The notes: generated by a model from the sequence alone, not told the origin. Counted from the stretch's first letter, positions 22,556 to 31,895 are shown. The stretch is 64,000 nucleotides of DNA from an uncultured Gammaproteobacteria bacterium (GCA_963707225.1 CAVPQF010000078.1:6314-70313), one strand, 5' to 3'. Numbers and translations: made by a program.

Positions 22556-24406
22556 ATGAAGAAATCCGCCTGCCTGTCGATGCTGCTGTTCTTGTCCGCA
22601 CTGGTATCCGTCATGCTGTCGGCCTGTGCCGGTCAAGGAACGGGGGAGGACTCTGCCATGCGTGAGGTCGATTACGGCGACGTGCAGGTGACCGAGCATC
22701 GTGGTCACGATGATTTGCTGAGTGCAGGCCTGGGCCTGGTGGGCCTGGCCGGGCTGCCGTCGCCGTTCGCCCATCCACTGGATCCCGGCGCGCAGGAACT
22801 GCGCCGGCGCGCGATCCAGACCAGCTGGAAAGGCATCGCCGACCTCGGCCCGCTCGGCGGTTACGGCACGGTGTACGGCGGCGTGCCGAACGTGCCGGGA
22901 CGCGAATACCAGGCATTCGCGCGCATTCCCGGCGCGCGTTCGCCGCATCGCGTGCTGTTGCAACTGCCGGACAACTTCGACCGGAAGAAGCGCTGTCTGG
23001 TGGTGGCGGCTTCGTCCGGTTCGCGCGGCATCTATGGCGCGATCGCGCTGGCCGGTGCCTGGGGTTTGCCGCATGGCTGCGCGGTGGCATACACCGACAA
23101 GGGCACTGGCGCCGGCTATTTCGACTACGCCGACGACAGCGGCGTGGCGCTGGACGGCCGCCGCGCGAAACGCGGCGAGGCGGAGCTGGAGTTCCAGCCA
23201 CCGCCGGCAGCGGCGACGGCGGGTATCGCGATCAAGCACGTGCATTCGGGCGACAACCCGGAAGCCGACTGGGGCCGGGATGTGATCCAGGCGGCGCAGT
23301 TCGGGCTGGCCATGCTCGACCGCGCGTTTCCCGCCGAGGTGCCGTTCACGCCGCAGAACACGAAGATCATCGCCGCCGGCATCTCCAATGGCGGTGGCGC
23401 CGTGCTGCAGGCGGCGGGGCTGGATCAGGAACACTTCTTCGCCGGCGTGGTGGCGCTGGAACCGAACGTGCACGTGCAGGATCGCGGCCGCGCGCTGTAC
23501 GACTACGTCACCGAGGCGGCGATCTGGTTGCCATGTGCGCTGAGCGCCGACCATTTCGCCGTGGCTCCGCTGGCGCGCGGTCCGCGCGGTGTGCCGCTGC
23601 CGACGTGGCCGATCCGCTGCGCCAGCCTGCGCGCGCAGGGCAAGCTCGGCGGCGGCACCGTGGCGGTGCAGGCGGAACAGGCGCGGCAATACCTGCATGC
23701 GCGCGGCTGGACCGACGAGGCGATGCGCACGGCCGCCAGCACGACCGCGTTCGACCTGTGGCGGGCGATCGCCGCGGGCTATGCCTCGGCCTACCTGCGT
23801 CGCGGCGCCACCGACATGCCATGCGGCTTTCACTACGCGGCGATCGGCGTGGGCGGGTTGCCGGGTGTCGCCGATCCCGTCACACGGGCGACCTGGTGGG
23901 CGGATGGTTCGGGCATTCCGCCCGGCAACGGCATCGGCCTGTTCGGCGGCGTGAATGTCTCGCCCGCCCCCACCCTGATCGGCAGCGAATGCCTGCGCGC
24001 ACTGTGGACCGGCGGCGACCACGAAACGCAGGCCCTGCACGCCGCGGTGGCTGCCACCGCGGCGCGGCTGCCGCGCAAGGACCTGCCGCTGTGGGTGCTG
24101 CACGGCGCCGGCGACGGCCTGCTGCCCAGCGCGTTCAGCTCCGAGCCGTACGTGGCGTGGCTGCGCGACGAAGGGCGCCGGCCGATCTACTGGAAGGTGC
24201 CGCACGCGCAGCACTTCGACGCGTTCCTGGCGCTGCCGGGCTTTGGCGAACGTTACGTGCCGCTGCTGCCGTATGGCTATGCGGCGCTGGACCGGTTGTG
24301 GGCGCATCTGTATGAAGGTGCGGCATGGCCGGTCGATGCACTGACGCCTGCAGCCACGCCGCGTGGCGCAGGGCCGCTGGAACGCAGCATGCTGGGCCTG
24401 CCATAG
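22556..24406 (+). CDS. D-(-)-3-hydroxybutyrate oligomer hydrolase family lipoprotein
   Basis: 616 aa with an LSAC lipobox. Blocks remembered from the 3HB-oligomer hydrolase family are DDLLSAGLGLVGL, ASSGSRGIYGAIALAGAWGLPHGCAVAYTDKG, HSGDNPEADWGR, ISNGGGAVLQAA and QHFDAFLALPGF. Confidence 0.8.
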   Translation: MKKSACLSMLLFLSALVSVMLSACAGQGTGEDSAMREVDYGDVQVTEHRGHDDLLSAGLGLVGLAGLPSPFAHPLDPGAQELRRRAIQTSWKGIADLGPLGGYGTVYGGVPNVPGREYQAFARIPGARSPHRVLLQLPDNFDRKKRCLVVAASSGSRGIYGAIALAGAWGLPHGCAVAYTDKGTGAGYFDYADDSGVALDGRRAKRGEAELEFQPPPAAATAGIAIKHVHSGDNPEADWGRDVIQAAQFGLAMLDRAFPAEVPFTPQNTKIIAAGISNGGGAVLQAAGLDQEHFFAGVVALEPNVHVQDRGRALYDYVTEAAIWLPCALSADHFAVAPLARGPRGVPLPTWPIRCASLRAQGKLGGGTVAVQAEQARQYLHARGWTDEAMRTAASTTAFDLWRAIAAGYASAYLRRGATDMPCGFHYAAIGVGGLPGVADPVTRATWWADGSGIPPGNGIGLFGGVNVSPAPTLIGSECLRALWTGGDHETQALHAAVAATAARLPRKDLPLWVLHGAGDGLLPSAFSSEPYVAWLRDEGRRPIYWKVPHAQHFDAFLALPGFGERYVPLLPYGYAALDRLWAHLYEGAAWPVDALTPAATPRGAGPLERSMLGLP

Positions 24407-24417
24407 GATCTAGCCTG

Positions 24418-24547
24418 ACCGTTCGCCCTGAGCGTAGGCCCAACGGGCCGAAGTCGAAGGGCTGCTCTTCGACTTCCTCGCTCCTCAAGGCGGCGGCCGT
24501 CCATGGCCGCTCCCCACGTACGCTGCGCTACGCCCAGGGCGAACGGT
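24418..24547. repeat. Palindromic intergenic element (REP/MITE-like)
   Basis: 20-bp arms ACCGTTCGCCCTGAGCGTAG (24418-24437) and CTACGCCCAGGGCGAACGGT (24528-24547) match 19/20 as an inverted repeat. An inner 10-bp hairpin GAAGTCGAAG/CTTCGACTTC lies at 24450-24476. Confidence 0.6.
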
Positions 24548-24668
24548 GGTCGAGCCCCGGCTCGGCGCAAAACCACGGTCGCTGCTTCATCAGGCTCGCT
24601 GGGTTATTCTTGACGGCCCTCGTGCCCGTGTCGTGGCACGGCGCAGCTTTCAAACCCAAGGATTTGCG

Positions 24669-25178
24669 ATGACCATCAACGTCACCTTCACCACCAACCG
24701 CGGCCCGATCCACCTGCGCCTGCATGAAGACAAGGCGCCGGTCACGGTCGCCAGCTTCGTCAACCTGGCCCGCCGCGGCTACTACGACGGACTGTCGTTC
24801 CATCGCGTCATCGCCGACTTCATGGTCCAGGGCGGTTGCCCTGAGGGCAGCGGCCGCGGCGGTCCGGGCTACAAGTTCGAGGATGAGTTCAATGCCTCGC
24901 TGCGCCACGACAAGCCGGGTGTGCTGTCGATGGCGAATGCGGGTCCGCGCACGAACGGCAGCCAGTTCTTCATCACCCACGGCCCCACGCCATGGCTGGA
25001 CGGCAAGCACAGCGTGTTCGGCGAAGTGGTCGATGCGGCCGACATGGACGTGGTCAACGCGATCCACCAGGGCGACACGATCGAGAAGGTCAGCGTGGAC
25101 GGCGACGTCGATGCCTTGCTGGCGGCGCAATCCGACCGCGTGGCGGAATGGAATGCGGTGCTCGACCAGCGCGGCTGA
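24669..25178 (+). CDS. Peptidyl-prolyl cis-trans isomerase (cyclophilin type)
   Basis: Start is the ATG at 24669 ([41 protein letters not shown]). [15 protein letters not shown] and [17 protein letters not shown] are present. Confidence 0.9.
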   Translation: MTINVTFTTNRGPIHLRLHEDKAPVTVASFVNLARRGYYDGLSFHRVIADFMVQGGCPEGSGRGGPGYKFEDEFNASLRHDKPGVLSMANAGPRTNGSQFFITHGPTPWLDGKHSVFGEVVDAADMDVVNAIHQGDTIEKVSVDGDVDALLAAQSDRVAEWNAVLDQRG

Positions 25179-25200
25179 GCCGGGCGCCATCGGATCACGG

Positions 25201-25231
25201 AAAACCGCCGGCCAGCAGCCGGCGGTTTTTT
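25201..25231 (+). terminator. Rho-independent terminator of the cyclophilin gene
   Basis: AAAACCGCCGGC-cagca-GCCGGCGGTTTTTT. Confidence 0.8.
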
Positions 25232-25340
25232 CTTGCGCCCTCCCTCCGTGGCTTTCGTGAAGTGTTGTCATGGCGGACTTCGTGGCGGCTTATGATCGGC
25301 CGGCGGCACACCCGATTCATCACCATGAGGGAGAACGACC

Positions 25341-25769
25341 ATGTCATTTCTCAACGATCTGCTTGGTGGCCAGGAGCAGGGACAGCAGGCGGGTACCGGT
25401 TCGCTGATTGCCATAGCGGGGCAACTGATCGAGAAGGCGGGTGGCGTGCAGGGCCTGGTCAGCATGCTGCAGCAGCATGGCCTTGCTGGCGCAGTGCAGT
25501 CGTGGGTCGGCACGGGTGCGAACCAGCCGGTGTCGGGCGACCAGTTGGGCCAGGCGCTGCAGAACGGCGGTATGGGGCCGCTTCTGCAGGAGGCTGCAGG
25601 CAAGCTGGGCGTGGATCCGAATGTCCTGCTGGGCGGGTTGTCGCAGGTGCTGCCGCAGGCGGTCGACCATATGACGCCGGATGGCCAGGTGCCGGGACAG
25701 GCGTCGGGGCAGGGCGGCGGTTTCGACCTGGGCATGCTCGAAGGGCTGGCCGTGAAGCTGCTTGGCTGA
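25341..25769 (+). CDS. YidB-family (DUF937) protein
   Basis: 142 aa, Gly/Gln-rich, with the characteristic core LQQHGLAGAVQSWVGTGANQPVSGDQLGQAL and LSQVLPQAVDHMTPDGQVP. Confidence 0.8.
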   Translation: MSFLNDLLGGQEQGQQAGTGSLIAIAGQLIEKAGGVQGLVSMLQQHGLAGAVQSWVGTGANQPVSGDQLGQALQNGGMGPLLQEAAGKLGVDPNVLLGGLSQVLPQAVDHMTPDGQVPGQASGQGGGFDLGMLEGLAVKLLG

Positions 25770-26063
25770 GGATCGTCCCGGTGGAGCTGGGCTCCATCGG
25801 GACCGCGGCCAGGCCGACCTGCGCTTGACCAGGTGATACAGAAACAGCAACACGATCGCGCCGATCACCGAGGCGATGAAACCGGCGGATTGTCCCTCCT
25901 GGTACCGGCCGGACACGTTCTGGCCGACCCAGGTCGCCAGCAGCGAACCGGCGATGCCGATGATGGCCGTGATGATGAAGCCGCCCGGGTCCTTGCCCGG
26001 CATCAGCAGCCTGGCCACCAGGCCGACGACCAGTCCAATCGCGAATACGCAAAGCCAGTACAT
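25344..26063 (-). CDS. GlsB/YeaQ/YmgE-family stress membrane protein with an anomalous 3' read-through
   Basis: ATG at 26063 behind GAAGGAGA. The first 80 or so aa (MYWLCVFAIGLVVGLVARLLMPGKDPGGFIITAIIGIAGSLLATWVG...VIGAIVLLFLYHLVKRR) are a complete YeaQ-type domain. The frame then has no stop until 25344 and runs antisense through all of the yidB-like gene. Confidence 0.6.
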   Translation of the reverse strand: MYWLCVFAIGLVVGLVARLLMPGKDPGGFIITAIIGIAGSLLATWVGQNVSGRYQEGQSAGFIASVIGAIVLLFLYHLVKRRSAWPRSRWSPAPPGRSSAKQLHGQPFEHAQVETAALPRRLSRHLAIRRHMVDRLRQHLRQPAQQDIRIHAQLACSLLQKRPHTAVLQRLAQLVARHRLVRTRADPRLHCASKAMLLQHADQALHATRLLDQLPRYGNQRTGTRLLSLLLATKQIVEK

Positions 26064-26223
26064 GCGGATCTCCTTCGCTGGTGAGGTAGCGGTACCCGTC
26101 GCGCGGGCGCGCCCGTCATGCCCGGATCGCATCGCTGCGGCGTGTAGGGCCGGCAACCAGCGCCAGGTTCGGGCAGCGTGATAAAATGCGGGCCTTTGCT
26201 TCCTCCCCCTGCGTGAGATACCC

Positions 26224-27423
26224 ATGCCCCAGCTCGCCCAGCGTGTCGGCCGCGCCAAACCCAGCGCGATCATGGTGATGGCCGAGAAGGCGAAGCAGCT
26301 CAAGGCTGCCGGCCGCGACATCATCAGCTTCTCCATCGGCGTACCGAACTTCCTGCCTGGCGAGCATGTGTATGCCGCCGCGCGCGAATCGCTGCTGCAC
26401 GACTCCGGCCAGTACGGCAGCAACCGCGGCGCCGATGTGTTGCTGGATGCGTTCCTCCGGCATATCGAGGCGCTGGGCTTCTCCGGCTATACGCGGATGA
26501 ACGTGTCGATCGGCATTGGCGCCAAGCACGTGCTGTACAACCTGGCTGAGGCGCTGCTGGACGAGGGCGACGAGATCTGCTTCGCCGCGCCGTACTGGAC
26601 CACTTATCGCGACATCGCCGACATCGCGGGCGCGAAGGTCAACGTGATGCATTGCGGGCCGGAGCAGAACTACAAGCTCACCCCGACCCAGCTCGACGCC
26701 GCGCTGGCGCGCAAGCCGAGGGTGTTCCTGTTCAACAACCCGTCCAATCCCACCGGCATGGTCTACACCGCCGGGGAGATCGCCGCGCTGGCCGACGTGC
26801 TGGTGAAGCATCCGGATACCTGGGTGATCACCGACGACATCTACAACTCGATGGTGTTCGACGGCATCGGCTACCACAACTTCGTGTTCGCCAGGCCCGA
26901 GTTGCGCGACCGGGTGATCTTCGTCGACTCGGTGTCCAAGACCTACGGCATGCCGGGCTGGCGCGTGGGCCTGATCGCAGGCCCCGAGCTGGTGGCCAAG
27001 GCGGTGACCACGCTCAACTCCAACCACATCACCAGCCTGCCGGAAGTGATCACCGCGGCGGCGGTGGCGGCGTTCAGCGGCCCGCAGGACGTTCCGCAGG
27101 CCAAATGTGCCGAGTTCGCCGGCAAGCGCGACATCGTGGTTGCCGCGCTCGCTGCGATTCCCGGCGTGGCCTGTCCGCGGCCGCAGGGTGCGTTCTATGC
27201 GTTCCCCGACATTTCCGTGGCGTTCGGCAAGAGCCACCACGGCGCGAAGATCAACAACGACGTGGAGTTCTGCGCCGCGCTGCTGGAAGCCAAGGGCGTG
27301 GCCTGCGTGCCCGGCTCCGCGTTCGGCGAGCCGCGCGCGATGCGCATTTCCTATACCTGCCCGACTTCGCAATTGCAGCCGGGCCTGCAACGTATCCAGC
27401 AGTTCTTCGCTGAACTGACTTGA
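26224..27423 (+). CDS. Class I/II pyridoxal-phosphate aminotransferase (aspartate-aminotransferase-like)
   Basis: 399 aa. Contains [12 protein letters not shown] and the [14 protein letters not shown] Lys-PLP motif. Confidence 0.9.
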   Translation: MPQLAQRVGRAKPSAIMVMAEKAKQLKAAGRDIISFSIGVPNFLPGEHVYAAARESLLHDSGQYGSNRGADVLLDAFLRHIEALGFSGYTRMNVSIGIGAKHVLYNLAEALLDEGDEICFAAPYWTTYRDIADIAGAKVNVMHCGPEQNYKLTPTQLDAALARKPRVFLFNNPSNPTGMVYTAGEIAALADVLVKHPDTWVITDDIYNSMVFDGIGYHNFVFARPELRDRVIFVDSVSKTYGMPGWRVGLIAGPELVAKAVTTLNSNHITSLPEVITAAAVAAFSGPQDVPQAKCAEFAGKRDIVVAALAAIPGVACPRPQGAFYAFPDISVAFGKSHHGAKINNDVEFCAALLEAKGVACVPGSAFGEPRAMRISYTCPTSQLQPGLQRIQQFFAELT

Positions 27424-27475
27424 AAAACGTGGATCGGAAGTCGGGCATGGGGAAGCGCCCCATGCGGCTCCTCCG

Positions 27476-27502
27476 ATTCCCCATTCCCCATTTCCCATTC
27501 CC
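27476..27502. repeat. Tandem heptamer tract (ATTCCCC x4, slightly degenerate)
   Basis: ATTCCCCATTCCCCATTTCCCATTCCC ends immediately 5' of the mdh RBS GGAGA. It is preceded by the hairpin CATGGGG-aagcg-CCCCATG. Confidence 0.7.
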
Positions 27503-27511
27503 GGAGATCAA

Positions 27512-28498
27512 ATGATGAAAGCCCCCGTTCGAGTTGCCGTCACCGGCGCCGCCGGCCAGATCGGTTATGCCTTGCTGTTCCGCATCGCCGCTGGCGACAT
27601 GCTGGGTCCGGACCAGCCGGTGATCCTGCACCTGCTGGAAATCACTCCGGCGCTGCCATCGCTGCAGGGCGTGGTGATGGAGTTGAACGACTGCGCATTC
27701 CCGACCCTGGCCGGCGTGGTCGCCACCGACGACGCGAACGTCGCGTTCAAGGACGTTGACTACGCGTTGCTGGTCGGCGCCCGCCCGCGCGGTCCCGGCA
27801 TGGAGCGCAAGGACCTGCTGGAGGCGAACGGCGCGATCTTCGGCCCGCAGGGCAAGGCGCTGAACGCGCATGCCAAGCGCGACGTGAAGGTGCTGGTGGT
27901 CGGCAACCCGGCCAACACCAATGCCCTGATCGCCCAGCAGAACGCGCCGGACCTGGATCCGAAGTGCTTCACTGCGATGGTCCGCCTCGACCACAACCGA
28001 GCGCTGTCGCAGCTGGCCGAGAAGACCGGTGCGCACACCACCGACATCAGGAAGATGACAATCTGGGGCAACCACAGCTCGACCCAGTACCCGGACATCC
28101 ACCACGCCACCGTCAACGGCAAGGCGGCGATGTCGCTGATCGACCAGGCCTGGTACGAGAACGACTTCATCCCGACCGTGCAGCAGCGCGGCGCGGCGAT
28201 CATCAAGGCGCGCGGCGCCTCGTCGGCGGCTTCGGCTGCCTCCGCCGCCATCGACCACATGCGCTACTGGGCGCAAGGCACGGCCGAGGGCGACTGGGTC
28301 TCGATGGGCATTCCGTCCGACGGTTCGTACGGCATCGAGCCGGGCGTGATCTACGGCTACCCGGTCACCGTGAAGAACGGCAAGTACGAGATCGTGCAGG
28401 GCCTGGCGATCAACGACTTCTCGCGTGCCCGCATGGACGCCACCGACAAGGAGCTGCGCGAAGAGCGCGCCGGCGTCGAGCACCTGTTCGTGAAGTAG
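27512..28498 (+). CDS. mdh: Malate dehydrogenase
   Basis: [32 protein letters not shown]... and [11 protein letters not shown]; 328 aa, LDH-like MDH type. Confidence 0.95.
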   Translation: MMKAPVRVAVTGAAGQIGYALLFRIAAGDMLGPDQPVILHLLEITPALPSLQGVVMELNDCAFPTLAGVVATDDANVAFKDVDYALLVGARPRGPGMERKDLLEANGAIFGPQGKALNAHAKRDVKVLVVGNPANTNALIAQQNAPDLDPKCFTAMVRLDHNRALSQLAEKTGAHTTDIRKMTIWGNHSSTQYPDIHHATVNGKAAMSLIDQAWYENDFIPTVQQRGAAIIKARGASSAASAASAAIDHMRYWAQGTAEGDWVSMGIPSDGSYGIEPGVIYGYPVTVKNGKYEIVQGLAINDFSRARMDATDKELREERAGVEHLFVK

Positions 28499-28520
28499 GC
28501 CAGCGGTTTGCGGTGAGCGG

Positions 28521-28547
28521 AAAGGCGGCTACGGCCGCCTTTCTCTT
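28521..28547. terminator. Hairpin terminator after mdh
   Basis: AAAGGCGGC-tacg-GCCGCCTTT followed by CTCTTT. Confidence 0.65.
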
Positions 28548-28585
28548 TGCTCCCCTCCTCAGCGAGTTGGGGAGAGGAAGCAGGG

Positions 28586-29593
28586 CTACTGCGCGGCCTG
28601 TTGCAGGTAGGCCAGCAACGCCGCGTCCACCGCGCTGCCGCTGCGAAGGTCCGGTTCGTTCGCATACGCCTCGCGGATGCGTGCGTGCGTGGCCGGATCG
28701 TCGCCGGCATAGGCGCGGAACAGTTCCGCCCACCGCCGCGCCAACTGCTGCACCCGGGGCTCGCCGGGTGGGACGCCGGCCTTCATGGCATCGCGCAGCT
28801 CGCCGATCAACGGTGGCCATTCATGCATCTGCCGGCCGTAGTTCTCGCGCATGTGTGCCATCTCCGACGGCAGCAGGTAGCGCTCGAAGATGATCAGTCT
28901 GGCCTGGATCAGCGATTGCTCGACGAAGCTCTCCACCGCCGGCGTGATGCCATTGCGCTGGCGCATGGCTGGCTCGTTGTCCAGCATGGATTTCAGCCGG
29001 GCGAGGAAGGTCGGGTTGTTGCCGGTTCCGCGCTGAACCATTTCCATCCATTGCAGGGCAAGCGCGTGGGCTTGCGGCGAATCGGGTGTGGCGCCGCGAT
29101 CCATCGCGGCCTGCACTTCGCCGACCAGCGCGTTCCACTGGGTCGGCACGTCGGGATCGCAGTGCAGTGGCAGGGCCTTCAGTTCCTCGTGGGAAAAATA
29201 TTTCTTGTACATCTTCATCAGCTCCAGCGTGTCCAGCCAGTCGGCCAGGTCAGGGGACTGTCCATTCGCCAGTTGCGTGCGCAGATGCACCAGTCGCTCA
29301 CGCAGGCTGGCAGCTTTGCTCAGTTCATGGTCGATCTGTGCGATCTGGCGGTCGACCACGTCGGCCAAAGGCTGTTGTGGCCCGGACAGGGCAGTGCCGA
29401 TGTCGGTCAGCGACAGGCCGAGCTGACGCAAGGCCTGGATGCGATGCAGGCGTTCAATGTCCGCTCGCGCATAAAGTCGGTAGCCGGCACCGGAACGCGA
29501 TGCGGGCTGGAGCAGGCCGATGGCGTCGTAGTGATGCAGGGTGCGCACGGTCATCCCGCAGCGCCTGGCCAGTTCGCCCACAGTCAACAACAT
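28586..29593 (-). CDS. MerR-family regulator with a long TipAS-like C-terminal domain
   Basis: MLLTVGELARRCGMTVRTLHHYDAIGLLQPASRSGAGYRLY HTH; 335 aa. Confidence 0.85.
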   Translation of the reverse strand: MLLTVGELARRCGMTVRTLHHYDAIGLLQPASRSGAGYRLYARADIERLHRIQALRQLGLSLTDIGTALSGPQQPLADVVDRQIAQIDHELSKAASLRERLVHLRTQLANGQSPDLADWLDTLELMKMYKKYFSHEELKALPLHCDPDVPTQWNALVGEVQAAMDRGATPDSPQAHALALQWMEMVQRGTGNNPTFLARLKSMLDNEPAMRQRNGITPAVESFVEQSLIQARLIIFERYLLPSEMAHMRENYGRQMHEWPPLIGELRDAMKAGVPPGEPRVQQLARRWAELFRAYAGDDPATHARIREAYANEPDLRSGSAVDAALLAYLQQAAQ

Positions 29594-29625
29594 CGTCCTC
29601 GCTCCTTTCGCATTGCGTGCCCGGT

Positions 29626-29656
29626 ACGCTAAGGGCTCACGTTACGTGAGGGTCAA
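29626..29656 (-). promoter_or_regulatory. MerR-type promoter/operator (19-bp spacer with central dyad) driving the MerR gene
   Basis: The minus strand reads TTGACC-ctcacgtaacgtgagccct-TAGCGT. The -35 and -10 hexamers are separated by exactly 19 bp containing the 7-1-7 palindrome CTCACGT-a-ACGTGAG. The -10 lies about 30 bp upstream of the ATG at 29593. Confidence 0.6.
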
Positions 29657-29967
29657 GTGTTTTCTTCATCGTCATTCCCCATCTGGTGGCCGCGAGCGTG
29701 CCGGGCCAGCTGCTGAAGCTGTTCTTCCACGGCCAGCCGATGTGGGCGCTTGCGCCGGGCGGGGCGAGCCTGCTGCTCGCCGGGCTGTGCACGCTGCGCG
29801 TGCGGATCGCACTCTGAAGCAAGGTCATGAATCCGATAGTCCGGGCGCCTCGTTCGACACATGCTGCCGATGTGCGGCGATGCGCCGGTTCCTACCATGG
29901 CAGTCGACATGAACCCGCCTGGCGTCGCGCCTGCCGCGGAGACGCTGGGAACCGTGGAGATGCCGGC

Positions 29968-30780
29968 ATGACGATCGACCTTGCTCGACCTTACCTTTTG
30001 TCGGAACGGCAGGCTGCCGATTTCCGCCGCGACGGTTTCATCAAGCTCAAGGACGTGTTCAACGCCGACGAGCTGCGCCACTACGGCGACGAGATCACGC
30101 AGCTGACCATCGCGCTGAATACCCAGACGCTGCCGCTGGAGCAGCGCAGCACCTACGACCGCGCCTTCCTGCAGGTGATGAACCTGTGGGAGGGGAGCGA
30201 ACGGGTGCGCGAGTTCGTGTTCGGCCGCCGCCTCGCCGGCCTCGCTGCGGCGCTGCTGCAGGTCGACGGCGTGCGCCTGTATCACGACCAGTCGCTGTAC
30301 AAGGAGCCGGGCGGCGGCATCACGCCGGCGCATGCCGACCAGTACTACTGGCCGGTCGACAGCGACCGCACGGTCACGGCATGGGTGCCGCTGCAGGCGG
30401 TGCCGCAGGAGATGGGGCCGCTGGCGTTCTTCGCCGGCAGCCAGGCGGTGGAGTTCGGCCGCGACCTGGGCATCTCCGACGAGAGCGAGCAGGCGATCAC
30501 GGCGAACATGGAGGCACAGGGTTTCCGCGTGGTGGACGAGCCTTTCGCGCTGGGCGAGGTGAGCTTCCACCTCGGCTGGACTTTCCATCGCGCCGGCCCG
30601 AACCGCTCGGCGCGGCCGCGCTCGGTGATGACCGTGATCTACATGGATCGCGACATGAAGCTTAAGGCGGCAGGCAACGCCATGCAGCAGGCGGACTGGG
30701 AGCGCTGGTGTCCCGGCGCCAAGGTCGGCGCGGTCATCGACACGCCGAAGAACCCGCTGTTGTTCGAACGCGCGACATGA
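29968..30780 (+). CDS. Phytanoyl-CoA dioxygenase (PhyH) family Fe(II)/2-oxoglutarate oxygenase
   Basis: Start is the ATG at 29968 (MTIDLARPYLLSERQAADFRRDGFIKLKDVF). A HADQYYWP-type His-x-Asp region and a later FHLGWTFHRAGPN motif are present. Confidence 0.75.
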   Translation: MTIDLARPYLLSERQAADFRRDGFIKLKDVFNADELRHYGDEITQLTIALNTQTLPLEQRSTYDRAFLQVMNLWEGSERVREFVFGRRLAGLAAALLQVDGVRLYHDQSLYKEPGGGITPAHADQYYWPVDSDRTVTAWVPLQAVPQEMGPLAFFAGSQAVEFGRDLGISDESEQAITANMEAQGFRVVDEPFALGEVSFHLGWTFHRAGPNRSARPRSVMTVIYMDRDMKLKAAGNAMQQADWERWCPGAKVGAVIDTPKNPLLFERAT

Positions 30781-31895
30781 GCGCCGGCATCGCCAGCGGG
30801 CCGGCGATCATCGCCGACGGCAGGGGCGGATTCGCGATCGGGACGATCGAGGTCGAGCCGCCCGGCCCGGGCGAAGTGCGCGTCGCCATCGCCGCGGCCG
30901 GCGTCTGCCATACCGACCATGCCTCGCTGCACTGGCCCGGCCCGCTGGTGATGGGCCACGAAGGCGCCGGGCATGTCGAACAGATCGGCGAGGACGTGCG
31001 CGGACTCGAGATCGGGCAGCCGGTCTTGCTGAACTGGGCGATCCCCTGCGGCAGCTGTTTCCAGTGTGCCCGCGGCGCGGCGACGCTGTGCGAGCGGACC
31101 CATGAACTCGACGTGCCGCGGCTCGGCAACAGCCGTGCCCACGCCGGCGCGACACGCTGGCGTGGGCGTCCGATCGAGCGCTCGTTCCACCTCGGGACTT
31201 TCGCGCGGCATACGCTGGTGCGCGCCGAGGCGGTGACGCCGTTGCCGGCGGAGCTGCCGCTGGACGCGGCCTGCATCCTCGGCTGCGCCGTGATGACCGG
31301 CGTCGGCTCGGCGGTGAACGTGGCCGCCGTCGCGCCGGGTGCCTCGGTGGCGGTGCTGGGTTGCGGCGGGGTAGGGCTCAACGTGATCCAGGGCGCGCGG
31401 ATCAGCGGCGCCCGCACCATCATCGCCATCGATCGCGTACAGGCCCGGCTCGAGCGCGCCCGCGAGCTGGGCGCCACCCACCTGCTGCTGGCCGCCGACG
31501 ACGATCCGCAGCATGCGCAGCTGGTCGCCGCGGTACGCGCGCTGACTGAGGGCCGCGGCGTGGATCATGCCTTCGAAGCCACCGGCGCGGCCACGCTTGC
31601 CCTGCTGCCGCTGCAGTTCGCGCGCAACGGTGGCGACGCGCTGCAGGTCAGCGGCGCGCACGGAACGGCCGCGTTCGAACTGCCGCAGCTGTTCTGGAAC
31701 AAGCGCTACATGGCGCCGTTGTATGGCGACTGCGTGCCCGACCGCGATTTCCCGCGCCTGTTCGACTGGGTTGCCCGTGGCCAGCTCGAACTCGCCTCGC
31801 TGATCAGCCATCGCTATCCGATGGAAGCGTTGGATCGCGCCTTCGACGACATGCTGGCCGGGCGCAGCATGAAGGGAGTGTTGCGCATCGCATGA
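30777..31895 (+). CDS. Zinc-dependent alcohol dehydrogenase family protein
   Basis: ATGA overlap with the PhyH stop. Contains AAAGVCHTDHASL, GHEGAGHVEQIG and CGSCFQCARGAATLC (structural zinc), plus GCGGVGLNVIQGA (Rossmann). Confidence 0.85.
   Translation: MSAGIASGPAIIADGRGGFAIGTIEVEPPGPGEVRVAIAAAGVCHTDHASLHWPGPLVMGHEGAGHVEQIGEDVRGLEIGQPVLLNWAIPCGSCFQCARGAATLCERTHELDVPRLGNSRAHAGATRWRGRPIERSFHLGTFARHTLVRAEAVTPLPAELPLDAACILGCAVMTGVGSAVNVAAVAPGASVAVLGCGGVGLNVIQGARISGARTIIAIDRVQARLERARELGATHLLLAADDDPQHAQLVAAVRALTEGRGVDHAFEATGAATLALLPLQFARNGGDALQVSGAHGTAAFELPQLFWNKRYMAPLYGDCVPDRDFPRLFDWVARGQLELASLISHRYPMEALDRAFDDMLAGRSMKGVLRIA

Noticed and set aside
29650-29830. Small hydrophobic ORF downstream of the MerR operator on the plus strand (for example MWALAPGGASLLLAGLCTLRVRIAL)
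   Set aside because: There is no RBS, the start is ambiguous, and the MerR-type promoter I can read points the other way, towards the regulator gene. Support is insufficient.
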